Shown piece after piece: positions 19,092-28,103 of a DNA stretch of 40,026 bases. The first letter of the stretch is position 1. The number at the start of each line of letters is the position of its first letter. Made by a program: the position numbers and the translations under genes. The stretch spans positions 1 to 40,026 of the forward strand of contig JAHQWJ010000049.1 in the NCBI GenBank assembly GCA_029856125.1. Reading direction: 5' to 3'. The notes below the pieces were generated by a model, which saw only the letters and a program-made list of their open reading frames with translations, was not told the DNA's origin and did not search any database. The stretch comes from Promethearchaeia archaeon. GTDB taxonomy: Archaea > Asgardarchaeota > Lokiarchaeia > Sigyniarchaeales > SOKP01.

Positions 19092-19155
19092 AAAGAATGA
19101 CTTTTGCGAGAAAATCTTAGTCGCAAGATGACTGACCCTGCAAAGGTTCATAAAA
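19084..19155 (+). promoter_or_regulatory. SECIS-like / K-turn RNA structure
   Basis: Lower helix TTTTATGAA (19084-92) / TTCATAAAA (19147-55). Core ATGAC (19097-101) / TGAC (19129-32). Upper helix TTTTGCGA / TCGCAAGA. Loop GAAAATCTTAG. Side hairpin CCT-GCAA-AGG. Confidence 0.6.
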
Positions 19156-19273
19156 AAATAATGCTAACAATATCTTTAATAATATGTAGTATTTATTCTA
19201 CTAGTAATTAACAAAACTCTTATAAGTGTTTGAAACCTCTTAATTACACAAATTTGAATGACTGTACAGTATT

Positions 19274-20077
19274 ATGTCTAGCGAAACTCCCGATAATGTT
19301 AAAACTTCTTTACGTGCGATTGGATTAACAGATTATGAGATTTCAATATATCTCACTTTAATTTCTAAAGGACCTATGGATGCAAGAGAACTTTCTGACG
19401 CAAGTGGCGTTCCATATTCTCGAATTTATAATATTTTGACTCAATTAGAAAAGGAAAAAATGTTCATTCTAAGAGAAGAAAACACTCGTCCATCGACTTA
19501 TTTTGCAAAAAGTCCTGACGAAGTTCTAATTATCGCAAAGAAACACCTAACCGATAATTTTAATAACCACTCAAACAAAATCATCCACATGCTTAAACCT
19601 ATTTACGAATCTCATGACACTCCTATAAAAATTGCCTTATATGTTCACCGAGGACGTGATGTATGTATCAACCGCAGTATTGATCTAATCAATCGGGCTA
19701 AAAACTCTCTTTACTTTGTTGCTCCCTATTATGAGTTTTTAGATGTATTTTTTGACGATGTTAAGAAAGCAAGAGCGAGAGGTGTTATTGATATAAAAAT
19801 GCTTGTTGAAGAAGACGCAATGAAAGACAACAAATTTAAAGAAATTATCGAAAAATATAGTGAAATCTCTGAAATTCGCTCTCGCAATCAAGTATTTGGA
19901 GCAAGCGTAGTAATGGACGAAGGAGAAGATGCATTTATTATCCTGACTCAAGGTTTTTTCAAGGCATTAAGCTATTTCGGCGTAGCTACCGATCATATAG
20001 CCTTTGGACCCGCAAGCAACTTTTATTTTGATTATTTATATAAATCAGCAAAACCATTGAAAAGTAAGACGAAATAA
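19274..20077 (+). CDS. TrmB-family transcriptional regulator
   Basis: IGLTDYEISIYLTL, ARELSDASGVPYSRIYNILTQL, RPSTYFAKSP, followed by an effector domain. Confidence 0.92.
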   Translation: MSSETPDNVKTSLRAIGLTDYEISIYLTLISKGPMDARELSDASGVPYSRIYNILTQLEKEKMFILREENTRPSTYFAKSPDEVLIIAKKHLTDNFNNHSNKIIHMLKPIYESHDTPIKIALYVHRGRDVCINRSIDLINRAKNSLYFVAPYYEFLDVFFDDVKKARARGVIDIKMLVEEDAMKDNKFKEIIEKYSEISEIRSRNQVFGASVVMDEGEDAFIILTQGFFKALSYFGVATDHIAFGPASNFYFDYLYKSAKPLKSKTK

Positions 20078-20136
20078 CAATTAGAATTGGTAGAATAATA
20101 AAAAAATCTTACTCCTCGATTTCTTTTAAAATTATC

Positions 20137-22143
20137 TCACTTATTCTCTTTTCCATTAAAAACAGGGATTATTATATGTGATGGGTGATTCTTATCGTGA
20201 TATATTGTTTGAGTGGCGATTTGAAATTTCTTTTTATTTTTTTTCCCAGCAAGATTAGAATTCACATCAAATCTTGGAAAATTACTTGAAGTAATCTCTA
20301 ACCGTATTTTATGATTCTTAGGAAAATAAATAGCAATGGATCCGATTACGATTTCGAATTTATAAATCTTGTTAGGATTAACTAGTTCAGGTTCATCCAA
20401 GTTACCGTTACGGTAACGCGTTCTAACCCCTGAATCAATTACATTTATAGATTTTTTATTGTTTGGGTAAACATCAACTAATTTAACCATGAAATCCGTA
20501 TCTTCTACGGTAGTTGACGCGTAAAATATTATTTTTACTTCGCCAATTATTTCCAACCCTTTTTCAAGGACACTGGTAGTGAAAATTAGTACGTCGTCAC
20601 CTCTTTCAATATCAGTTTGGTCTTGAGGACCACTCAATAAAAACAAATTTCTCCCGCCTTTAGTAATCACTGGATTGGAAGGGTCAAATAGGTATTGATC
20701 TGGTGGTTCTTCTTTAGGTTTGTTTTTAGAAAGAAAGCCGTTACCGTTTAGGCTGTTACTTTTCCCATCTGAGTGAAGATATAACTTTAAATCAGTTGAA
20801 GTTGGAGGCCATTTGTAAAAAGCTCTCCAGATATCCTTGTTTAATATATAGATTTGTAATGGAGGAATTTCAGATAAAAGCGATTGTTCTCCTTTTAAAC
20901 AACAATCGTACCACCAGAAGGGGAGGATTTTTTGTAAGAATCTAAAATCATCTTTTAAATGTGAATATTTCAATGGTTTTAATAAAAACTTATCCATATT
21001 TATATGACTCCACGGCCCTATGATCATTTTAAACTTCTCTCTGAAAAAATCTGGTGCGTTTTTTTGTATTAACATAACATCTCGCATCATATGCTCTATG
21101 AACATGTCATACCACCCCCCTATAAAAAGCGTAGGTGTGTTAAATTCATAGTTGAGTCCAAATGCGTATGGAGATAGGTCATAGTTGTGAAATATATTCC
21201 TTTTGTAAAACATTTCCTTTATGAGTTTTGTAAACGATCCATCGTCCATCCTTGAAACATTGACATCTGTTTTATACACTCTATTTATCATTTTCATAGA
21301 GTATTTGGGATTATCGAAGGATGCCATATCTGACAACTTTGGTTTTTTGGAATCTATAGGTTCGTTAAAAAAACTATTAGAAGGATTAAAAAAGAGTTGT
21401 TTGTAGTATCCATTCCTATCCCATTGGTCAAAATCCATAGTTGTTAATTTCTTCATTGTAGAAATCATTATTAAGTATATAGCTCCTGATAACCCCACAG
21501 GATACAATCCCCTAGGATGCCAAAACACATTGGAATAAGAGCTATGAATAGGATTTAAACAAGTAAGTAAATTATCATTATCCCAAGATACGGCTAACTG
21601 AGTTATACCTAAGTACGATAACCCCCACATTCCTATTTTCTTGTTATACCAAAATCGACGAGTGATCCAACGTAAAGTTTCGAGTCCATCTTGTCTTTCG
21701 TACATATATAGTGAATTCGTACCGTACTCGCTTGATCGCCCGCAACCCCGAATGTCTTGAATCACAGCGACGTACCCTTTAGAGGCGATGAAATATCCTA
21801 GAATGCTAAGGCGATCTTTCCAATAAGGCAGTCTTACTAGAATAGTCGGCCCCGATCCCTTTTTTTTGTAAAGTTCTTTAGGTAAGTAAATATCTGTCGC
21901 TAATTTGCCCCCATCTTCAAGTTCTATCAGCACCTCTTTTAGCCTAATAGAATTAGTTTCTGGTAAAAAACCGACATTTTGGAGTCTTTTTGATCGCCCA
22001 ATTACTTCAAAAATTTTAAAAAGAGGAGTATAAATATAATCCACAAGAAATGCCATGCGGATAAATATAGAACTTAAAGGGGCTAGAAGAGTTGGTAATT
22101 TCAAACCGATCTGTATATCTTTAGGGTTAAACTTTCTTTTCAT
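20137..22143 (-). CDS. CocE/NonD-family serine hydrolase
   Basis: LATDIYLP, QDIRGCGRS, GMWGLSYLG nucleophile elbow, GGWYD, IGPWSH, ITSSNFPRFDVN. Confidence 0.92.
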   Translation of the reverse strand: MKRKFNPKDIQIGLKLPTLLAPLSSIFIRMAFLVDYIYTPLFKIFEVIGRSKRLQNVGFLPETNSIRLKEVLIELEDGGKLATDIYLPKELYKKKGSGPTILVRLPYWKDRLSILGYFIASKGYVAVIQDIRGCGRSSEYGTNSLYMYERQDGLETLRWITRRFWYNKKIGMWGLSYLGITQLAVSWDNDNLLTCLNPIHSSYSNVFWHPRGLYPVGLSGAIYLIMISTMKKLTTMDFDQWDRNGYYKQLFFNPSNSFFNEPIDSKKPKLSDMASFDNPKYSMKMINRVYKTDVNVSRMDDGSFTKLIKEMFYKRNIFHNYDLSPYAFGLNYEFNTPTLFIGGWYDMFIEHMMRDVMLIQKNAPDFFREKFKMIIGPWSHINMDKFLLKPLKYSHLKDDFRFLQKILPFWWYDCCLKGEQSLLSEIPPLQIYILNKDIWRAFYKWPPTSTDLKLYLHSDGKSNSLNGNGFLSKNKPKEEPPDQYLFDPSNPVITKGGRNLFLLSGPQDQTDIERGDDVLIFTTSVLEKGLEIIGEVKIIFYASTTVEDTDFMVKLVDVYPNNKKSINVIDSGVRTRYRNGNLDEPELVNPNKIYKFEIVIGSIAIYFPKNHKIRLEITSSNFPRFDVNSNLAGKKNKKKFQIATQTIYHDKNHPSHIIIPVFNGKENK

Positions 22144-22187
22144 ACTCTAAAAAAAATATAAAGTGAAAGATTTTTGAATTTAACTAT

Positions 22188-22466
22188 TTACCATGTAATT
22201 GTAATTGCATTTTCGGGGCAAACTTCGACGCATTTAAAACAACGACTACAGAGTGAACCCCATATAGGCGTGATTCTCCAATCTTGAGGATCGTACATGT
22301 CTTTTTGCTTCTTTTCAGTGCCTAACGTTTCGTGCATAATAAATACCGCTGGATCACATGCTCTCATACACAAACCGCAGTTTCTGGGATCAATTCTTCC
22401 TTTTTCCCCACAAATAGAATAATCTATTCTGATCTTAGTTCTTTTCTTTTTCTTTGCTTTACTCAT
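22188..22466 (-). CDS. Ferredoxin (4Fe-4S dicluster type)
   Basis: C-(x)9-CGLCMRACDP and CSRCFKCVEVCP. Confidence 0.88.
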   Translation of the reverse strand: MSKAKKKKRTKIRIDYSICGEKGRIDPRNCGLCMRACDPAVFIMHETLGTEKKQKDMYDPQDWRITPIWGSLCSRCFKCVEVCPENAITITW

Positions 22467-22474
22467 ACAATCAC

Positions 22475-23344
22475 CTAATACGTTCCATCAAATCCAGGAT
22501 ATTCTTCTCTAGGAATTAATTTTAAAGCGTCATGTTTACAGGCGTGACGGCAAACACCGCATCCATAACACTTATTATAGTCGATTATAACTCTATCCAT
22601 TGAAGGAATAAACCGAATAGCGCTTAATTGACACATAGCGACGCAGGATTTACATCCTTGGCATTTGTCCTGATCTAATTGAATAATGTATTCCGCTTTA
22701 TACATCACATTGATATCAAAATTGTTACGCAGTGTAAACGCTCCACATTCAGGACTCTCACACGAACAAATTGCATTTATATAGGGTATTGGTTGAAACC
22801 AAACGCTTGAGATATAACCCTTTTTGTTGAATTCTTCCAATTTTTCAACTGCAGTTTCTCGGTCAATCCGTACTACTCTGTCTTTTGGTATGAAACGGGG
22901 CAATTTTTCGAGGACCTCTGAGAGAACACCAAAGTTTATGCAAACTGCTTCTTTTTTCTTTCTTTGCATCCAACGACACATACAATAATTACATATTATT
23001 GGTTCAGCCGCAAGTTCTGACATGATAATTTGAGCATCCTCTAAGGGTATAACCTGGCCAAAATGTCCGTCAGCTCTTACGGGATTTCTCCTTTTCTTTT
23101 GGCTGTGGATCATGTTTTCAGCCCTCCAACGAAGGATTTTTCCAATAACGGGCATCTTTAACTTATATCCTAAATCTTTAGAAGAAAATCCCATTATTTT
23201 TCTAATATAGACTTGCTCAAAATTCATCCATTGCTCCGTTAAGTAATCTTTCATGTTACTTTCTTCAGCAAGCTCATCGGAGTAATTTCTAGCATTCATA
23301 TACCATTTTTTACCGGCTCCGTGAGACATACACCATTGACACAT
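22475..23344 (-). CDS. 4Fe-4S-binding protein with an additional Cys-rich N-terminal domain
   Basis: MCQWC, CNYCMCR, ICSCESPEC, and C-terminal CQGCKSCVAMC / CYGCGVCRHAC. Confidence 0.88.
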   Translation of the reverse strand: MCQWCMSHGAGKKWYMNARNYSDELAEESNMKDYLTEQWMNFEQVYIRKIMGFSSKDLGYKLKMPVIGKILRWRAENMIHSQKKRRNPVRADGHFGQVIPLEDAQIIMSELAAEPIICNYCMCRWMQRKKKEAVCINFGVLSEVLEKLPRFIPKDRVVRIDRETAVEKLEEFNKKGYISSVWFQPIPYINAICSCESPECGAFTLRNNFDINVMYKAEYIIQLDQDKCQGCKSCVAMCQLSAIRFIPSMDRVIIDYNKCYGCGVCRHACKHDALKLIPREEYPGFDGTY

Positions 23345-23495
23345 AAATTAATCCCTTAATATTTCTAATTTTTATTCATAATTTTAATAATACAAATTCG
23401 GTTTTTGGATTTATAAAACTATTTCTTTGATAATTTTTAACACAAATAAAAGCCCAAAAGAAAAATATAACTTAAACATATTTGGCAATTAAATT

Positions 23496-24425
23496 TTAAT
23501 CTGATTTGAATGTTCTTAAGTGTTCCATCATTCCTACGCCAATTTCTCCTGTATTTAAATCTTGAACAATAGCCATCTGTTCAAATAATTCAGTATATCC
23601 TCCAGAGAAATTTCGAGCAAAGCGAATAAAAGAATTTTTTCCGAACCTTTTTGCTGCTATAGTGTGTTTTGTTCCGGTAATATCTTCAAATATGTATGTT
23701 GTAGAAAGAGGACTCTTAAATGGGTCTGTGGCGCATATCGTATCGATATTTAATTTGGATAGTGCGGTATTTCCCTTTACATTAGATATATGACCGGATA
23801 AGTCTATTTTTTCATTAGCATAATCTTTCCGGAAAGCACAAGACCAATTTTTGAATTGAAAATGACCGGCATACCATTTATCAAACTGATGCCAATCTCG
23901 AAAGCCCCAACTTTTATCGCGTTGTCCAAATCCATTAATATCTACGATTTCTCCATTTTTCTTAGTAAGTTTTCCAGTTACTATTCCTGATGACTCAAAA
24001 TGCTGATGCCAAGATTTAGAAGAATCCATACCAAAATTGTGGGTTGGAAATCTCGTCTTAAAATGTAATTCAAGGCTTAGTTTTCGTGAATTGTAATTGA
24101 TTATCCACTCCTCAAATGGTTTTACGAGCGTGTACGAGAGCATATTTTCTCGCAACATAACATTTATATCGTCGTTGTAATCCTGTAGGTGGGGTTCTTT
24201 ATAATACACTTCATTTCTGTCTTCTAAGAATAGAAGAAATACAAATTCTCTTTTTTTTTCATTCGGAACAATCCCAATTGTTGAAAATCCTGAAATTTTA
24301 TTTTCCAAATCTGCCCAATTAAAATAGTAAGATTCGCGCCATTTTAATTCGTTGGTAGGTTGATGTAGTAGTTCATCACGATTATCTAAATCGGGAGGTA
24401 CGTAATATTTGCGCATGCCATTCAT
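23496..24425 (-). CDS. Lipocalin-like (CrtC/AttH/tocopherol-cyclase-like) beta-barrel protein
   Basis: WRESYYFNW, HFESSGIVTG, GFGQRDKSWGFRDW. Overlaps the upstream gene by ATGA. Confidence 0.6.
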   Translation of the reverse strand: MNGMRKYYVPPDLDNRDELLHQPTNELKWRESYYFNWADLENKISGFSTIGIVPNEKKREFVFLLFLEDRNEVYYKEPHLQDYNDDINVMLRENMLSYTLVKPFEEWIINYNSRKLSLELHFKTRFPTHNFGMDSSKSWHQHFESSGIVTGKLTKKNGEIVDINGFGQRDKSWGFRDWHQFDKWYAGHFQFKNWSCAFRKDYANEKIDLSGHISNVKGNTALSKLNIDTICATDPFKSPLSTTYIFEDITGTKHTIAAKRFGKNSFIRFARNFSGGYTELFEQMAIVQDLNTGEIGVGMMEHLRTFKSD

Positions 24426-25579
24426 TCCTCAGGGAGCAAATATAACGACGGGCCTTCTTTTCTTTTTTTAGATTTACTCCTAAAAAGTCTAGGTATACCC
24501 GGGTCAAAATCGCTCTCCAAAAACATTGGTACATATGTATTCATTGTTCTCTCCGTAAGATCCCAATTTATATCACCAGTAATTCCCACGAAATTTGTAT
24601 ATCTCGCATATCCATAACAGTAAGCGTACGCACCAGCAATTAACCTTTGTTTTCTATCCCATTTTGAAAACTTCAAAAATAACTCTTTATTTGCTCTTTC
24701 CGAATAGTCTTTAAATGAATCTAGAATGTTCAAATCAAGATTTTTAACCTTTTCTCCACTACGAGTTAAAAGGGCCACACCTGTGATGTTATCTGTAAAA
24801 TCTTGAGGGATTGAATCAAGAGTGGCGAAATCATCGAAATTATTCTCTACATCTTTCAATCGAAAAGCAAAAGCAATATTGTTAAAAGGTGCTTTGGCAT
24901 TTGTTTCAGACCAAGGAAAATGTGGATTATTACCGTTGTAAAGATGTGAAATCTCTCTAAAAACTAAGCTTTCGTTATCGCTAATTTTATAGGGTCCATG
25001 ATCACATATCTTTGCTCTTGCTTCGCATTCGTCGAGAAAAGAAACAACCTCAAGATTAGCTACAGTTCTTTTCAGTTTAATTACTTCTTCTTTAGAAAGA
25101 TCTATAACATTGTTTAAAGTTTTCTCAACGGTAGAACGATTTAAAACCATGTTCTTCTTGTTAGAGTCATATACAGATATTTTTTCATCCTTGAAATAAG
25201 AGGTGGCTAACCTTTTCCAGAAATCTAATACAAATAAAGTTTGCTCTCTCTTTTCTGGGCTTTCACTTCTAGGATCAGCCCCATTCCTTTGAATTTCTCC
25301 CATTCTTCCAACCATGTAATATAACGGAATATAAAATATACTTAGAGCATGAATTTCTGACAGAATTTTTCGACTTTCCCGTCCCATAATTTCTGGAGTT
25401 GTTTTTTTAGAGATTTTTTTCAAAATATCGTATAACATATCGTAAGCGTTATAAAATGATACGCAAATATAAGCAGTTACGGGGAAAAGCTGTGTCTCTA
25501 ACAGACCGCGCTTTGATACTTGGTAATCAACTAGCTCGGAAGCATGAGCTATTAAATCGTTTGCTTCTTTAATGTCCAT
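24422..25579 (-). CDS. Conserved-looking hypothetical protein, candidate substrate-binding subunit of the split phosphotransferase
   Basis: 385 aa with FPVTAY, ECEARAKICDHGPY and FPWSE motifs. Divergent from the His-swivel gene. Confidence 0.7.
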   Translation of the reverse strand: MDIKEANDLIAHASELVDYQVSKRGLLETQLFPVTAYICVSFYNAYDMLYDILKKISKKTTPEIMGRESRKILSEIHALSIFYIPLYYMVGRMGEIQRNGADPRSESPEKREQTLFVLDFWKRLATSYFKDEKISVYDSNKKNMVLNRSTVEKTLNNVIDLSKEEVIKLKRTVANLEVVSFLDECEARAKICDHGPYKISDNESLVFREISHLYNGNNPHFPWSETNAKAPFNNIAFAFRLKDVENNFDDFATLDSIPQDFTDNITGVALLTRSGEKVKNLDLNILDSFKDYSERANKELFLKFSKWDRKQRLIAGAYAYCYGYARYTNFVGITGDINWDLTERTMNTYVPMFLESDFDPGIPRLFRSKSKKRKEGPSLYLLPEE

Positions 25580-25740
25580 AAATTAATCCTTCAAAATCTT
25601 TCCTTTTATATTTAATTTTAAACTTAATTCTATTTAAATCTATGAAATAGTTTTAAGTTTTTTAAATACATTTAATTACAATATTTAAGATTTTGATATA
25701 TTGAACACTAAGAAAGAAATTACACAGTGGAATTATTTAT

Positions 25741-26097
25741 ATGAGAAAAGTTGGCGAAGGCTTGTCATGTTCATCTAAATCAGAGGTTACAGGAAATTTA
25801 GTCTATGTTACTAAGATTGAAGACGTGATTGATCTATTTGATAAAGCAAAAGATAAAATATGTTTGGTACACGACGCAGGGATGACAACTCTAGGGCCGA
25901 TTTTATCAGATTTAGCTGGTACTATTTGTACTACGGGTGGGGCTGGTTCCCACTTAGCTATTATCTCGAGAGAGTTTGGAATCCCTTGTATCATGGGAAT
26001 TAAAATCTCTACTAACGAGATCCCATCGCTAATCGATAAAAAAGTAAAAATTACGCACGATGGAGAAGATAAAGGCTTTTTACATGTTGAAGATTAA
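25741..26097 (+). CDS. Stand-alone PEP-utilising enzyme mobile (phospho-His swivel) domain
   Basis: GTICTTGGAGSHLAIISREFGIPCIMG. Confidence 0.92.
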   Translation: MRKVGEGLSCSSKSEVTGNLVYVTKIEDVIDLFDKAKDKICLVHDAGMTTLGPILSDLAGTICTTGGAGSHLAIISREFGIPCIMGIKISTNEIPSLIDKKVKITHDGEDKGFLHVED

Positions 26098-26136
26098 GTC
26101 CTTGGTTAATAATAAGAAAGTCTTTACAATTACATT

Positions 26137-27114
26137 ATGGAATATATAACAAGTTTAAAAGAAGGTAAAGAGGATCCTCGTCTTTTTGGAGGGAAAGCAT
26201 CTAACCTTTTTACATTAATTAAAAATGAGATAAATGTCCCTCCCGGATATGCTATAAGTACTAAAGCTTTCACATTGTTCCTCGAAGAATCTCACATTAA
26301 ACCTATCATTAAAGAAATTTTTGCGAAAGAGTATAACCCGAAAGAAGTAATTGAAATTTCAACAAAGATCAAGAATTTATTCTTAGCTTCTGATATACCA
26401 TCAAATATAACCTCAGAGATACAACAAAATCATAGCAAAGAATTTACAGATATCGATGAGCATAGATCTTATGTAGTTAGATCATCGGCTAATTATGAAG
26501 ACTCAAATAGTTTTTCGTTCGCTGGACAAGCTCAATCGTTTCTCAACATCAGAAGCATCACAGAAATCATTTTATCGATAAAAATGTGTTGGGCTTCTTT
26601 GTTTTCTCCTCAAATTCTATTATATCTTTTACAATTAAAAAAAAGAGGATTCAATATTACTCCTCTGAATTTAGAAATGGCGATTGTAGTTCAAAAAATG
26701 TTAAAACCTCAAGTTTCAGGCGTATTATTCACTGCAAATGTAATCAACAACAATAAAGAACAGATGATGATTAATTCTACCTGGGGTCTAGGGGAAACAA
26801 TCACCAACAATACAATTATTCCCGATTTAATAATAATAAAGAAAGGTAATTGCGAAGTAATGAAAATTTCAATTGGAAAAAAAGAAAAAACTTCTATTGC
26901 TAATCCAAAAGGTGATTCTACTATTCTTATTAACACTGAAAGAAAATTTCAGGAAGAGTGCTCTTTAAATTTAACACAACTTAAGCAAATTCATAATTTA
27001 GGCTTAAAGTTAGAAGAGCTTTTTAATTATCCTCAGGATATTGAATGGGCAATAGAAAACAACTCATTATATGCTTTACAGTCGCGACCTATCACAACGC
27101 TGCCAAAAAACTAA
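26137..27114 (+). CDS. Stand-alone PEP-synthase/PPDK N-terminal ATP-grasp domain protein
   Basis: GGKASNL, VPPG, VRSSANYED..SFAGQ, CWASLF, VVQKM, SGVLFT, WGLGE, PQDIEWA, LQSRPIT, then stop. Confidence 0.92.
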   Translation: MEYITSLKEGKEDPRLFGGKASNLFTLIKNEINVPPGYAISTKAFTLFLEESHIKPIIKEIFAKEYNPKEVIEISTKIKNLFLASDIPSNITSEIQQNHSKEFTDIDEHRSYVVRSSANYEDSNSFSFAGQAQSFLNIRSITEIILSIKMCWASLFSPQILLYLLQLKKRGFNITPLNLEMAIVVQKMLKPQVSGVLFTANVINNNKEQMMINSTWGLGETITNNTIIPDLIIIKKGNCEVMKISIGKKEKTSIANPKGDSTILINTERKFQEECSLNLTQLKQIHNLGLKLEELFNYPQDIEWAIENNSLYALQSRPITTLPKN

Positions 27115-27174
27115 ATAATAATTTCTATACGCAGAATCCAGAACTTAGATTGATTGAGAGAAATTTATTAATAA

Positions 27175-27633
27175 TTACTTGAGAAAAGCTCGCTTTCCTA
27201 AATAAATAAAAAGTTCTCCTAATTCAAAAACGGTAAGTGGAAAGATTAGATTTGCCATGTCATGACGTAAATCTTGTTTATCTTTACCAGCGGCAATTAG
27301 TTTCTCAATGTCTTCAACGTAATCGTCCATGTTCATGAATAATATCTCAATTTTATCGCAGCCTGTTAATTCCTCGATATCTTTATCCAAATGCGTTTCT
27401 ACCTGGTTTAAAAGTCCTATTTTTAACTTTGGTTCTAACTCATATTTGGAGATGAGTTCGTTGATCTCTTCAAGAATAATATTTATGGTTAAGTTCCAAT
27501 CTTGATTATCCTTATATTTTGGTATCAAAACATCGCTAATGATTATTTCAAAAAGAGTTTGGGGTACTTTTTCGTCAAATTCTACCTCTGAACCATTCCT
27601 TAATTTTATTGTTTTAACCATTTCCAACCTCAA
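27175..27633 (-). CDS. Hypothetical acidic helical protein
   Basis: 152-aa ORF. No family recognised. Confidence 0.65.
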   Translation of the reverse strand: MRLEMVKTIKLRNGSEVEFDEKVPQTLFEIIISDVLIPKYKDNQDWNLTINIILEEINELISKYELEPKLKIGLLNQVETHLDKDIEELTGCDKIEILFMNMDDYVEDIEKLIAAGKDKQDLRHDMANLIFPLTVFELGELFIYLGKRAFLK

Positions 27634-28103
27634 CTCAATTAATAAATTCTTCTTATTAATTAATAGACTAGTTTTTTATAAATATATTCAGACTTTAAAA
27701 TTCGTTATTGGTCATAACTATTCAAACTTTTCACCAATTAAACTTCGAGCATCTAAATAATACTTCTTAAAAAAAAAAGACAATTTCTAAGTTCAATAAG
27801 AGAAAATGTGTAAAAAGAAGTAAAATAAAATTTTTTCTTTTATCGAAAAATAAGATTCTTTTTTGATTAAATATTAAAGTCGGATTTGTACTTTTTAAAA
27901 AGGTTGTTGAAGAGACAATTGGTATTAATAGCTCCTATATTTCTGAAGAACTTACGTTCATCGATTGGAACGAAGGGGAGATCGAAGAGACGAGAAGTTA
28001 TTACGACAATTTCATCGATGACCTTTCCTATTCAGACTTCTCAGAAGAAATTCAAACTCTATCGATTACGAACGTCGACACGAGCCAAGAACTCGAAGTA
28101 GAA

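Noticed and set aside
19089-19211. Further read-through of the TGAs at 19089 and 19098 to the next TAA
   Set aside because: These codons lie within the SECIS-like structure, and the downstream peptide is not convincing.
25741-27114. Frameshifted PEP synthase pseudogene
   Set aside because: The domain order is reversed relative to PpsA, both ORFs have clean ends and intact motifs, and no pyruvate-binding domain remnant is present.
27886-28101. 71-aa basic ORF before the giant gene
   Set aside because: It is an alternative frame of the open upstream extension of the giant ORF, which looks more protein-like.
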